Below, one piece after another: positions 13,181-26,490 of a stretch of 64,000 nt of DNA. Made by a program: the position numbers and the translations under genes. The stretch is from the human T2T-CHM13v2.0 reference genome, Homo sapiens. The notes beneath the pieces were generated by a model, which ran no database searches, had not been told where the DNA came from, and saw nothing but the letters and a program-made list of their open reading frames with translations. The DNA lies in assembly GCF_009914755.1 (NCBI RefSeq), contig NC_060933.1; one strand, written 5' to 3'. How positions within the stretch are numbered: position 1 is the first letter of the stretch; each line of letters starts with the position of its first letter.

Positions 13181-16100
13181 CTGGATAGGAAGATGGCAAA
13201 ATATGAAGTCCCATACTGTTGTTACCCAATGAAGACACCAATTCAACAACAACATATGGATCAATTCCCTTTGGAAAAAAATTAGAAGTCAGTTAAAAGG
13301 CTCTTGAACCCCATGAAAGTATAAAACCAGATGCATCAAAGCCAGTAAGTAAATTAGTGGTGCTTATTAGTCAGAGTTCATCCCCCTTCACATCACAGTA
13401 CTATTGGAAGGAAACTCCCAAGTCCTAGCTTCTATGTGAGGAGGGAAAGAGATGGAACATGTGTTTAAAATTCCGGCTTCTGAGGGGGCTGCCCAAGGAA
13501 ATAGTTTCTGTCTTGCCTGTGTGAGAAAGCTGATTGGGGACCACTGAGAACAAAAAAGCTGAGCAGCAGACATCAGATGCAGAGAACCTGCAGAGCCATA
13601 GACAGACAGCAAGAAGGAGCAAGAGATTACGAGTTCTTGAAAAAAGAAACTGGCAAAAATCTCTATTGAAATTTACATGCAAAAATCTAGACAACATGCA
13701 TCCACAGAAAAGGTTTGGGAAGCCCTCAGAATCTCTAGTATACCTCTTGGGGAAGGTCTTTCCTGTATGAAGACAGTTTGTAAAGACTAGAAAAGTTGGC
13801 TATTTTTTCAAATGTATAGAATTCAACACAAAGTAACATGTCACACAAAGAAACCAGGAAACATTAACTAATGGGACAAAATAAATCTCCAGATTTTAAC
13901 CTTCAAAAATGGGCACGTATGAATTATCTAACAAAGGATTCAAAATAGCTATCATAAAGACTCAGGAAGCTCATGAAAATGATATAAGAACAAAATGAGA
14001 ATACCAACAGAGATAAGAAATATTAAAAAGAACAAAATTTTGGAGCTGAAGAATAAAATACCTGAATTTAAAAGCTCAACAGAGGGATTTAACAGCAAAT
14101 TGGATCAAGCAGAAGAAAGAAGCAGTGAACTCAAAGATGGGCCATTTGAAGTTATTTAAAGGAGCAAAAAGAAATAAAAAATGAAGAGATCATAAGGAAC
14201 ATATGAAAAATCATCAACCATACAAATGTATATATTATGGAAGTCTCAGAAAGAGAAGGGAAAGGGGAAGAAAACTTATATAAATAAAAATGGGCAAAAT
14301 TTCCCAAGTCTGGGGAAGGAAACAGACATCAGAATCAAGAATCCCAACAGACCCTATCTAGAATGAAAGTAAAGAAGATCATATCATGTCAAATTAAAAT
14401 CAAATTCTAATAAATAAAAGATAAAGTGAGAATTCTGAAAGCAGGAAGGGAAAATTGACTCTTCACATATAAGGGAGGCTCCATAATAATTTTAGCAGAA
14501 TTATCAGCAGAAACCATGGAGGCCAAAGGTAGTAAAATGATACATTCAAAGTACTAGAAGAAAAAAAGAACCTGCCAATGGAAAATACTGTACCCCAGAA
14601 ACTGGTCCCTCAAAAATAAAAGTGAAATAAAGATGTGCCCAGAAAAACATAGGGGAATGTCTCTTGAAGAGGTTCATCACCACTGGTTTTGCCTTACAAG
14701 AAATGATAAAAGGAGTCCTTCATGTTGAAATGAAAGGATGCTAGATAGCAACACAAAAATATTTGAAGCATAGATTGCTAGCAAAGGTAAATATTTAGAC
14801 AAATACAGAATCCTGTAATACAGTAGCAGTAGTATGTAAATAACTTTAAACACTGGTATCAAATTTAAAGACAGAAGTATAAAAAAACTATAACTATAAA
14901 ATATTCTAATGGACACACCCTATATAAATATGTAATTTGTGTTATCAATAACATGAAGGGGGCTGAAACAAAAGAGAAGTGATTGTATGTGATTGAAGTT
15001 AAATTGTTATCAGCTTAAAAGAGTTATAACTACAAGATGTTTTACGAAGCCTAATGGAAACTACAAAGAAAATACTACAGAGGATACACTAAAGAAAAAA
15101 TAAGAAAGGAATCAAAACATATGACTACAAAAATAACAAAATGAAAAGAAAGACAGTAAGAGAGGAAAAAAGGACAAAAACAAAGGGAAAAGACAGAAAA
15201 CAATTAAGAAAATGGTCCTGTCAGTAATTACTTGAAATGTAAATTGATTTTAAAATCCAATAAAAAGATTTATAGAGTAGATGAATAGATGAAAAAATGA
15301 GTCCTAACAATATGCTGTCTATAGATAATCTCTTTAGATTTAAGGACACACATAGGCTAAAAGCAAAAGGATGGAAAAATATGTTCCACACAAATGTTAA
15401 CAAAAATAGAACAGGCGTGACCTTGCTTATATCAGACAAAATAGATTTGAGGTAAAAAAACTGTCACGGGAAACAAATAAATAGATTATATCATGATAAA
15501 AAGCCAATTCATCAGGAGCTATAAATATATAACAATAATAAATGTATATGCACTCACTAGCAGAGCAACTAAATATATGAAGCAAATATTGACAGAACTG
15601 AAGGATGAAAAGATGACAAATAATAATAGTATATTTTAGTAACTAACTTTCAATAATGAATAGAAAAACCAGACAGAAAATCAGTGAGAAAACAGAATAC
15701 CTGAACAACACTCTAGACCAAATGAACCTAAGAAACATATACAGAATATTCCACCCAATGGCAGCAGAATACACATTTTTCTCAAGAGCTCATGGAACAT
15801 TCTCCAGGATAAATGACATGTTAGGCCACAAAGCAAATCATAAAAAGTTCAGAAAGATTGAAATCATACCAAGTTTCTTTTTCAAATACAGTAGAATAAA
15901 ACTAAAAATCAATAGCAGAAGGAATACAGGAAAATTTAAAAATTTGTAGAAATTAGACAATATACTTCTGAACAACCACAGGTTATGAGGAAACAGCAAC
16001 TAAACTTAAAAATATCTTGAGACAAAACAAAAACAAAGTATCAAAACTTATGGGATGCAGAAAAACCAGAACTAAGAAAGAAGTTTATATTGAGAAGTTT

Positions 16101-17345
16101 TTATTAAATTCCCATATTTAAAAAGAAGAACCCTAAATAAACAACTTAACTTTATACCTTAAAAAACTAGAAAAAGAAAAACTAATTCAGTTCAAAATTA
16201 GCAGGAAAAAAGATAACAACCATTAAAGCAGAAATAAATGCAATAAAGAATCTAAAAACAGTAGTAACAATAAAAGACACTAATATCAACAACTAAGAAT
16301 GAACAGAAATTGCCTCAACATAATAAAGGCCATATATGAAAATCCCACAGCTAACATCATACTCAATAGTAAGCAACTGGAAACATTTCCTCTAAGATTA
16401 GAAGCAGGGCAAGAATGTCCCCTCACCATTTTTATTCAGCATAGTACTGAAGTCCTAGCCAGAGCTATTTAAAAAAATAAAGAAGTTAAGAAAATAAAAA
16501 GCGTCCATTGAGAGAGGAATAAGTAAAAGTGTCTCTGTTTATAGATGACATGTTGTATACAGAAAATTCTAAAGATTACATACACACACAAAACTGGTAT
16601 AACTAACAAACTCAGCAAAGTGGCAAGATACAAATTAACATTAAAAAATCAGTGGAATTTTAATTCTCTAATAAGTAATCCAAAACGTAAATTAAGAAAA
16701 CAATCCCATTCATAGTAGTGAGAAAAAAAGTAAAATATTTAGGAATAAACTTAACCAAGGAATGTAAAGACTTGTACACTGAAAACTACAAAACATTTCT
16801 GAAATAAATTTAAAAACATACAAATAAGTGGAAGTCTTTTCATGGTGTGCCACAAATATCACATCTAGTGTTTATGGATGGGAAGACTTACTATTGTTAC
16901 TGTTGTCCATTCTACACAAGATCATCTACAGATCCAATACAATCCCTATCAAAATTCCAATGGCATTTTTGCAAAAATGGAAAAAAATTCTACAATTCAT
17001 ATTGAACCAGAAAGATTCCAAATAACAAAAACAATCTTGGAAGAACAAAGCTGGAGGCCTGACACTTTCTGACTTCAAAACATATTATGAAGCTACAGTA
17101 ATCAAAACAGTATGCACTTGTGAAAAATCAGATACATAGACAAGTGGGACAGATTAGAGAGCCTAGAAATAAATTTACACATATATAATGAAATACTCTT
17201 AGACAAAGGTACCGAGAGTACCCATAGGGAAAGGATAGTCTCTTGTACAAATGTTACTGAGAAAACTGAATATCTGCAAACAAAAGAATGAAAGCCTTTC
17301 CTAGAATACACATTAAAAAATCAACTCAAAATGGATTAAAGACTT
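13181..17345 (+). mobile_element. Old L1M: 5' UTR, ORF1, long inter-ORF spacer and partial ORF2, 3'-truncated
   Basis: ORF1 C-terminus QEMIKGVLHVEMKGC* near 14700-14745. Endonuclease remnant in ORF 15656-15949 (YRIFHP..AEYTFFS.AHGTFSRI..MLGHK). Internal deletion near 16270, then RT remnants. Confidence 0.9.
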
Positions 17346-18062
17346 TGTCAGATGGATAGATTGCAAAAACTTTCCCCCATTCTGTAGGATGTCTGTTCAC
17401 TTTGATGATTGTTTACTTTGTGGTGCAGAAGCTCTTTAGTTTAATTAGATCCCATTTATCAGTTTTTGCTTTCATTGCAATTGCTTTTGGTGTCATTGTC
17501 ATGAAATCTTTGTCCGTGCCTATGTCCTGAATTGTATTGCCTAGATTTTCTTCTAGGATTTTTATAGTTTGGGTTGCACATTAAAGTATTTAATGCATCT
17601 TAAGCTGATTATTGTATATGGTATAAGGAAGAGGTCCAGTGTCAATTTTCTGCATATGGCTATCCAGTTATCCCAGCACCATTTATTAAATAGAGAATCA
17701 TTTCCCCATTGCTTGTTTTGGTCAGATTCGTTTAATAGCAGATGGTTGTAGGTGTGCAGTCTTACTTCCGGGCTCTTACTCTGTTCCATCGGTTTATGTG
17801 TTTGTTCTTTTACCAGTACCGTGCTGTTTCGGTTACTATAGCCTTGTAGTAGAGTTTGAAGTCAGGTAGCATAATGCCTCCGACTTTGTTCTTTTTGCTT
17901 AGGATTGTCATGGCTCCTTTTTGGTTCCATATACATTTTAAAATAGCTTTTTTAAAATTCTGTATAGAACGTCAGTGGAAGTTTAATGGGGAACAGCAAT
18001 GAATCTATAAATTGCTTTGGGCAGGATGGTGATTTTCACAATATTGATTCTTCCTGTCTACG
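17345..18062 (-). mobile_element. L1PA-type ORF2 fragment, antisense
   Basis: ORF 17562-17789(-) reads [27 protein letters not shown]. Closer to primate L1 than the adjacent L1M. Confidence 0.92.
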
Positions 18063-19827
18063 AATTTAAAATTTAATCAGTTAAGGTAATTACTTGCAAA
18101 CAGAACATATGGAATCTGGCTTATTTTGGAAAAAAAAATATACTGGAAGTATATTAGAGATGTGTAGTTTAACTCACGGATATGCTGTAGCTTGAGAACC
18201 AGTTGAGTAACAGCCTGGTCCCAAGGCAGCTCTGGAAGATGGAAGCAAAACCACAGCAGTAATTTCAGAGGCAGGGTGGTCCACTCAGAATTCACTGCCT
18301 TCATCACCACTACTGTGGGTGACTCCTCTCTTCCTCATATCACCAGTTAAAGAGACTAAGTCCTACCACAGCACAGCTGACTGTCTGAGCTTATCTCAAG
18401 TGCCCCTTTATGTAGTGTGGAGAGATAATATGAGTGACTAGTTTCCAGTAGTTAGTCATCAGGAATTACTCTACCACCAAGATACTACTAAGAAGGGGAA
18501 ATTAAAAATTGGGCAGGCAAAAAACATCTGTAAGTATCTAACACATTGAAAATTACTGTGGCTTTTTTTGCTGCAGGCATCAACAGTTTTTATTGCTTTT
18601 TTTCATTTTTTAAAAGAAGGCTTACCAAGTTTTGGATACTGATATTTCATTATCTGCTTTGTTTTGGATGCGTTTGGAACAAAAAGTATAATATTGGATA
18701 TTTTCTTTGAGGTTTTTGGTTCCTATGTCAGAATAGCTTGTTTAGTTTTATTTCTTTAATTTTACAGGTATTTCTAGATAATTTACATGAAGTAGAATTG
18801 AAGCTCTAGCAGCTGTTGTTCAGAGCAATAAATCATCTTAAGAATCCCCTACATGTAATTATAACTTCATATTGTGCAAATGTCATCAGTCATGCGTTTT
18901 GATTGTTCTGGGCACACATTATGGTGATCCAGGTGTAGAGATGGAAGTCCATCTGGCCAATTATATTTGCTGTTACTAGAGATAGTTTGTTTTTTCTTCT
19001 GTCTATATTTGAACAAGAAATATATTGAACCAGCTCCAAGAGGCTATGATAGCTCTATTGTTCTTCCAAATGAAGGCAGAAAAAATTAGTGTTTTTTTTT
19101 TTCCTTTGGTGGCCATTTTCTAACACATTATTTTGTCAATAACAGAATTATAAGAGAAAAAATTCATACTACCATGATTTGTACTCCATTTTAAAAAAAT
19201 AACTGTAAATGCCATATTCATGATAGTTATCTGTCTCTGTACAATTAAATTTTAGCCTAAGCCAAGCAATCAACCAAAATATATTCTCATGACATAGAAA
19301 CAATTTTCCCAACTAAATTTAAATAATTTAGATATTTCAAAACCTGTTTCTTCAGTGTGATAAATCATGAGTTGTTTGATTTAATATAAAGAGTAAGCAT
19401 ATGAAAGTGTAATGTAAATTCCATGAACATTAGGTTTTGTTTGATTTTGTTTTCCATTTCATTTGAAAAGTAAGTTTCTTCATGTTAAACCATAATGAAG
19501 AATACATTTTAAATAATTGCATATTATAGAAGAATCTCTATATAAACACACACAAAGATATGTATTTATGTTATATGTGTGTGCATGTAAGTTATATATG
19601 TGTATGTATATTATAATTCAGAACATCTCAGTTCTTTTTATTGAAACCATTACAAGTTAAAACTATCTGCATGCACACACATATACATTGGTAAGTGAAC
19701 AAATATAAAACTAGTGCATGTAAAGGTCAGTTATCAATTTTTTATACTTCTTACTGGTAAGGTATAAAAAAATGAATAATAAAGCTGCACTAGAGTATCA
19801 CTTGGATGTGAAATTAAACTGCAGCTT

Positions 19828-20054
19828 ACCATCCTGGCCAACATGGTGAAACCCCGTCTCTACTAAAAATACAAAAATTAGCTAAGCGTGGTGGCAGGCA
19901 CTTGTAATCCCAGCTACTCGGGAGGCTGAGGCAGGAGAATCGCTTGAACCAGGAGGCAGACGTTGCAGTGAGTCGAGATCACACCACTGCACTCCAGTCT
20001 GGCGACAGAGCAAGGCTCCATCTCAAAAAAACAAAACAAACAAACAAAAAAAAA
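19828..20054 (+). mobile_element. 5'-truncated AluS
   Basis: Begins at accatcctggccaacatggtg; complete right arm and an A/CAAA tail. Confidence 0.93.
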
Positions 20055-22936
20055 CCAGCTAAGACTTCTGTGGGCCTTAATAATTACCACTTAGGTTGGT
20101 GCAAAAGTTATTGCTGCTTTTGCCCACAATTACTTTTGCACCAACCTAATATTAACATGAACATAATCATTAAGTGTTGCTGCAAGACTATATCAAGCTA
20201 TTCATTCAATAATTCTTATAGAAAACCAGCTATTTAGCATCTGAAGAAACCATGTAAGAAACTACTGAGTTTTTAAACATCTATTTTAAAAGAAAAATGT
20301 GGCAGAAGTAAGGGAAAGGAATATATTTGTTTATTATCACTCTACTAAGTTAGGGAAGAAAATGTTTATCTCATTAATACATCCTTCAATTGTTTTTTGT
20401 AAGTTACCATGACTTTATAATGGACTGTCAAAGTGGAGTAACTCTGAACCAAAGACAAAGTGGCAGAAAACTTGGACTCTCCAGAAATAAGGTAATTCTT
20501 CAAATATTGGCATTTTTAAATGGAGAAATACACAAAACAACTCTAAAACACTGTACAACTTTTAAAATATTTCTCAATATTAAAATTATAAACTCCAGTG
20601 AAAAAGTATCAATGATTTCAAATTATAATCTGCATCAACACAATAATTAGATTTTTTGTTAAAAAATTAGGATAATTTTCACGTTAAACACGCATCTGAA
20701 CATTTGCTGTAGTTATCACCTCAATCCAGAAAATGAAACAGAATTGGCAATGAGAATTGTAAAGCATGTACACATCTGAAATATACATTTCTTACTATAT
20801 TTTCCAAATTAAATGTTTTTTCATATTGCATATTTAGTATTAAATGTTTTTATGAAAGAAAATAAAAATATAAAATAAATGAAGATGACAGAGTATCAGC
20901 TACACACCATCAAAGCAACCTGTGAGACCTTTGGATATAATAAATATTTGTGATTCAAATATCTGTGTCACTATATAGTGTAGGATTTATGATTCTTGTT
21001 TTGTAAAAATGTTAATTCATAAAGTATCTGTGATTGAAACTGCCCCGCTTTAATTTACGGTATATTTATTAATCTCCAAGCTTAATTAGCACACAAATTT
21101 AGGAAAAGCATTCTCCTTTTGTTTCACTTTCACCAAGACTTCTGAGTAATCTATATGCAAGATGCATCACAAAAAGCAATGAGCTTTGATAATTTCAGAC
21201 CTATTTATGCTCACATGCTCCAGAAACAATGCCTATACATTTTTCTAATCCAAGCTTTTGAGTCACAGTATAGCTTGATAGGAATCAGTAATTATCTTCC
21301 AAATATATCCAAAGCCTCATAAACATACCCTTCATATTCTGAAACTAGCTTGATAAATTTGATATTTAGAATATTAAAATTTCCAGATCACATTTATTTC
21401 TGAGGACAAGCCATAAATTTCCTATAGCTATATTGTTCATTACTTGGTTTATAACTGAACAGCTCACAGTTCTTTTTATTGAAACCACTACAAATTAAAA
21501 CCATCTGCAAACTAAATGAATGTACAGCAGATTCCAGTAAACAAAATAAGGTATTTAATAAACCTGATTATCCCTATAATTCTTTAGTGATTCATTGGCC
21601 AATCTCCAACAAACATTTCTAAATATTATGTATAGCGATAGCAAAATTATATTTTACAAAAATACTTATTTAATCTGATGCTATATCTGAAGAGTAGCCA
21701 ATTTTGTAACAATGATGTTTACAGTGCATTTATTTTACATATTAATATTAATGGCATTCACAGTGGTCTAAAATAACATCTAATAATGACAATGTTGCTG
21801 CTAATGAAAATTCTTTATATGTTTCAATGTGTATGTCTCCTTTTAAATTTCGTATTACTTTATTTCTAAATGTGTCTTTTTAAAAATAATTAATAACACC
21901 CATCATCCTGAAAATGTACACATTAAGCTGATCCTTCCTATAGGATATAAACCATTTCACTAAGAGAAAACAGTTAATATGTTTGAAGTATCTTCTGATC
22001 GCCAAAGCATTTCTCACATGTGGCCCTATTCAGTATCACCTTTCCACATAGGTAAATGAGTAAAGAGATTGATGGCTAAGTAACTTTTCTAGTTTTACCA
22101 AGTAAATAAATGACAGAGTTGGAGTTACACTTTTGGTGTCTATGATTATAGTGGCCCCCCTATAATCTGTTCATTTTATAGTGCCAACCTCCTACAATTC
22201 AAAACATTTGTGCCATATTCTGTTTCTTTAGCAATCATTTTACAGCAAATATTTTTATTCCCTGTTAATTTGGACTATTCCTTACATTTCAATTCCAAGA
22301 TGAAAAACTAATGAAACAAGGAGCATAGAAACATATTTAATCACATTTAAACACACTTAATCATAAACATAAATACAGTGACATTCATTCTACTGGTTTA
22401 TTCCTTTGGTTAAACCTATTTTTTATAGCTATTATGATGTTTGGAGGGAAAGGAGACAATTTTCTCTACAAATGTGGGTGATAATTACGGGATTTTGCCC
22501 CACAGGAATAACAAAATAAAAGTATTCACATACCAAATAAAACAATACATAAAGCTATAGGGCCAACTGTTTTTCAAATATTTAAGGCTTTATTATATTG
22601 TACCTGAATAGGAAAAAGTGTTTTATGCATAAAATTATTCATACGCAATTATTCCTCCTCATCTAATGTAAGAATTTCAGGAAGTTGAGTGTTATTATCG
22701 GTTGTCACAGAGGAGGATCCTAATTCCTAAACATCTCTAGATAAAATCCTCAGAGAATTAATAGAGTCACAAAGCTCCACAGTTCATTTAGTAAAGTTCA
22801 CTAATACAAGCACACTGGGAGTAACAATATCATAGTGACAATTCTGACCCATAAGAAAAATTTAGTTTATTTTAATATTTCTTAATTTTTAACTACATTT
22901 TGGTTTAATAGTTCATTTTATTTTTTTAGTAACTTA

Positions 22937-23009
22937 TCTGCTTGAGGCCAGACATTCAAGACCAGCCTGGGCAACACTGCCAAACTCCACCTCAAGAAAT
23001 AAATAAATA
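22937..23009 (+). mobile_element. Alu monomer fragment
   Basis: tgcttgaggccagacattcaagaccagcctgggcaac followed by an A-rich tail. Confidence 0.7.
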
Positions 23010-26000
23010 GGAGGAGAAGGTGGCTGACTAGATGCAGCCAGGAAGTGCCCCTCCCACAGAGAGATCAAAATATCAAGTAAACCAACACACTTTGAACAGA
23101 TATTTCAAGAGAAAACACCAAGAGTTGATAGAGAACAGATATTTGGAAAGAAAACACCAAGAGTTGATAGAGAGGCAACGCGGGCACCGAGAATGACGAG
23201 GGAGAAAGTCGGGAACCTTGTGCAAGGTTGCCAAATGCTAGGGCTAGTTTCCACCCCTGAACAGCTCCTAGGGAAGAGGTGAGTGAAGGGATAGCAGGGC
23301 AGTCTACTCTCCTTACGGGCCTCCAGGATCCTAGCTACAGGAGATCCCACAACCTCCACAGACATTTGAACTGCCTGGAGACTACACAAAGACCTCTCCA
23401 GTGTACGTGGAGCCCAAAGGGGTTTGATACATGGGGCAGCTGCAGCAGAACGAAGCCATAGATGCACATCCGCTAACGTCCCCCATCTTCCTCTGAGTAG
23501 CTCTAACCTGAGCTGGCCGCAGGGCCAACAGAGAGCAGGGTAGACTTTCGTGCAGGACTGGAGCATGTGTGTTTTGCAGACCTTCTTGCCCACCAGCCCT
23601 CCTAAAGCCACTGTCTGACCGCTCCCACTGGCTTGATGCCAGTTATTGAAGGGGGCTTCCCCAAGGCCTAGGAGCAGGCTTGGTAAAGGGGTTGTATCTC
23701 CCTACTCCACCACAGAGTGCTGCCATGAACATTCTGAAATACAAAAGACCCATGTTGCTGAGTAGGAGCCCGTGTGCTGGCCATTACCTAAGCACAATTT
23801 ACAGGATAGCAGCCCAAATCACAATACCAAAAATATTCTGCCAACATTCATTGTCTGTGAATACTAGGGCAAAAATCTAGCCACAAATAAAGATCCTATA
23901 CAAAGCATTGGCCCTCCGAAAGTACCCAGAAATGAAGCCAATTGAATATATTCCATTTATACCACGATGAAATGGACAACAGTCTACTCAGATGAGAAAG
24001 AATCAGTGCAAGAACTCTGGCAATTTAAAAAGTCAGAGTGTCTCCTTACTTCCAAAGGAGCACACTAGCTCTATAATAATGGTTCTTAACCAGTTTGAAA
24101 GAACTGAAATGACATACATTGAATACATAATCTAGATGGCAAGAAAGCTCACTGTGATTCAGGAGAAAGTTGAAAACCAATCCAGGTAACCCAGTGAAAC
24201 GATCCAAGAGCTGATAGATGAAATAGCCATTTTAAGAAAAAAAGCAAATTGAATGTCTGGAACTGAAAAATTCACGGCAAGAACTTAATAATACAGTTCA
24301 AAATATCAACACCAGAACAGACCAAGCTGAGAAGAGAATCTCAGAGCTCGAAGACCAGTTATTTGAATCAACAGTCAATTTTTTTGATTTAACGAACAAA
24401 ACCTCTGAGAAATACGGGATTTCATACAGAGACCAATCCAATGATTCATTGACATTCCTGAGAGATTAGGAGGGAGAATAAGCAACTTGGCACATATATG
24501 TAAGAATGTAGTACACAAAAATTTTTCCACTCTCCCTAGAGAGGTTGACATGCACATTCAGTAAATTCTGAGAATCCCTGCAAGATACTATACAATATGA
24601 CCATCCACAAGGCACAGAGTCACCAGAGTCATCAAGGTGAATGCAAACAAAAAAAATATATATATTAAAAGGCATCTAGAGAGATAGGTCAGGGCACTTA
24701 CAAAGTGAGTCCCATCAGGCTTGCAGCAGACCTCTCAGCAGAAACCTCATAAGCCAGAGGAGATTGGAGGCCTATTTACAGCATTGTTATGAAAAAAAAA
24801 AAATTTCAACCAAGAATTTCATATCATGCCAAACTAAGCTTCATGACTGAAGGAGAAGATCTTTCTTGGATAAGCAATCAGAGAGGGAATTTGCTACCAC
24901 TAGATTGGCCTTATAAAAGGTCTTTAAGAGAGTGCTAAACACAGAAATGAATGATAACTGCTCCCACAAAACACACTTAAGCACATAGCACACAGACACT
25001 ATAAAGCAACTATAAAATAAAGTCTACAAAACAACCACCTAACAATATGACAGGATCAAAAGCTATTATATCAATACTAAAACTGAATGTAAATGGTATA
25101 ATGCCCCACTTAAAAGGAATAAAGTGGCAAGCTGGATAATAATACAATACAAGACCCAATGGTCTGCTGTCTTCAACAGACCCATCTCACATATAATGAC
25201 AGCCAGAGGCTAAAAGTAAAGGAGTGGAGAAACATCTACCATGCAAACAGCAAATAAAAAAGAGCAGGAGTTACTATTCTTAAGTGAAATAAAACAGGCT
25301 TTAAACCAACAATGATCAACGAAAAAGAAGGGCATTACCTAAAAAAGGTTCAATTCAACAAAATTTAACTATTCTAAATATATACACATAAAACACTGAA
25401 GCACTCAGATTCATAAAACAAATTATTCTTGACCTACAATAAGATTTAGACAGATATACAGTAATAGTGGGAAACTTCAATACCTCCAGTGACAGCATTA
25501 GACAGATCATTGAGGCAGAAAACAAACAAATAAATTCTGAAATTAAACTCAACACTCAACTAAATTTGGGGAAACACACAACGTCCCAAGATTAAACGAG
25601 GAAGAAAATAAAAATGTTAATAGACCAATATGTTCTGAGATTGAACAAGTAATCCCACTAAAAAGTGGACAAAAGATATGAACAGATACTTCTGAAAAGA
25701 AGACATACAAGTGGCCAACAAACATATGAAAACATGCTCAACATTATTAATCATCAGAGAAATGCAAATCCAAACCACAATGAAATACCATCTCACACTG
25801 GTCAGAATGGCTATTATTAAAAAGCAAAAAAACAATAGATGCTGGCAAGGCTGCAGAGAAAAGGGAACACTTATACATTGTTTGTGGGAATGAAAGTTCA
25901 GCCACTAAGGAAAGCCATTTAGCAACTTTTCAAAGATTTTCAAACAAAACTACCAATCAACCCAACATTCTCATTAATAGGTATATACCCAAAGGAAAAT

Positions 26001-26490
26001 AATTTGTTCTGCAAAAAAGACACATGCATTTTCATGTTCATTGCAGCACTATTCACAATAGCAAAAACATGGAATCAAGCTAGGTGCCATCAACAGTGGA
26101 CTGCATAAGGAAAATATGTTACATATACACCATGGAATATGAAAGCCATGAAAAGAACTAAATTGTGTCCTCCTTGGATGCAACTGGAGGTCATTATCCC
26201 AAGTGAATTAACACAGGAACAGAAAACTTTATACCACACATTTTCACTTATAAGTGAGAGGTAAACACTGAATACACATGGACATAAAGATGGGAACAAC
26301 AGACACTGGAAACTACTATAGGAGGAAATGGGGAAAGGCTGAAAAACTACCTGTTGCATACTATGCTCACTACCTGGGTGATGGGATAATTGTACCACAA
26401 ACTTCAGCATCACACAACTTACCTATGTAGTAATCCTTCACATGTACCCCCTGAATGAAAATTAAAAGTTGAACATATTTAAAATAAAAA
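23010..26490 (+). mobile_element. L1PA15/16-like element with both termini and large ORF2 deletions
   Basis: 5' UTR ggtggctgactagatgcagccagg; ORF1 about 23990-24940; ORF2 endonuclease from ATGACAGGATCA near 25048; C-terminal ORF 25711-25893; 3' UTR ending catgtaccccctgaa...aaaagttgaa. Confidence 0.9.

Noticed and set aside
18768-18932. Plus-strand 165-nt exon-like block (ttttacag|GTA...CAG|gtgtag) reading VFLDNLHEVELKL*...HAF*LFWAHIMVIQ
   Set aside because: Good acceptor but weak donor. Two stops in 55 codons is about what AT-rich random DNA gives, and I recognise no homologue. A tBLASTn hit could revive it as a pseudo-exon.
21750-21910. Minus-strand acceptor cattttcag|GATG followed by a ~43-codon open stretch
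   Set aside because: All three frames hit stops within 30 nt of the acceptor, so the stretch cannot be joined as coding sequence.
23105-23611. 168-aa minus-strand ORF
   Set aside because: Antisense of a GC-richer L1 5' UTR with a non-ATG start; its C-terminal repeat comes from the 39-bp duplication.
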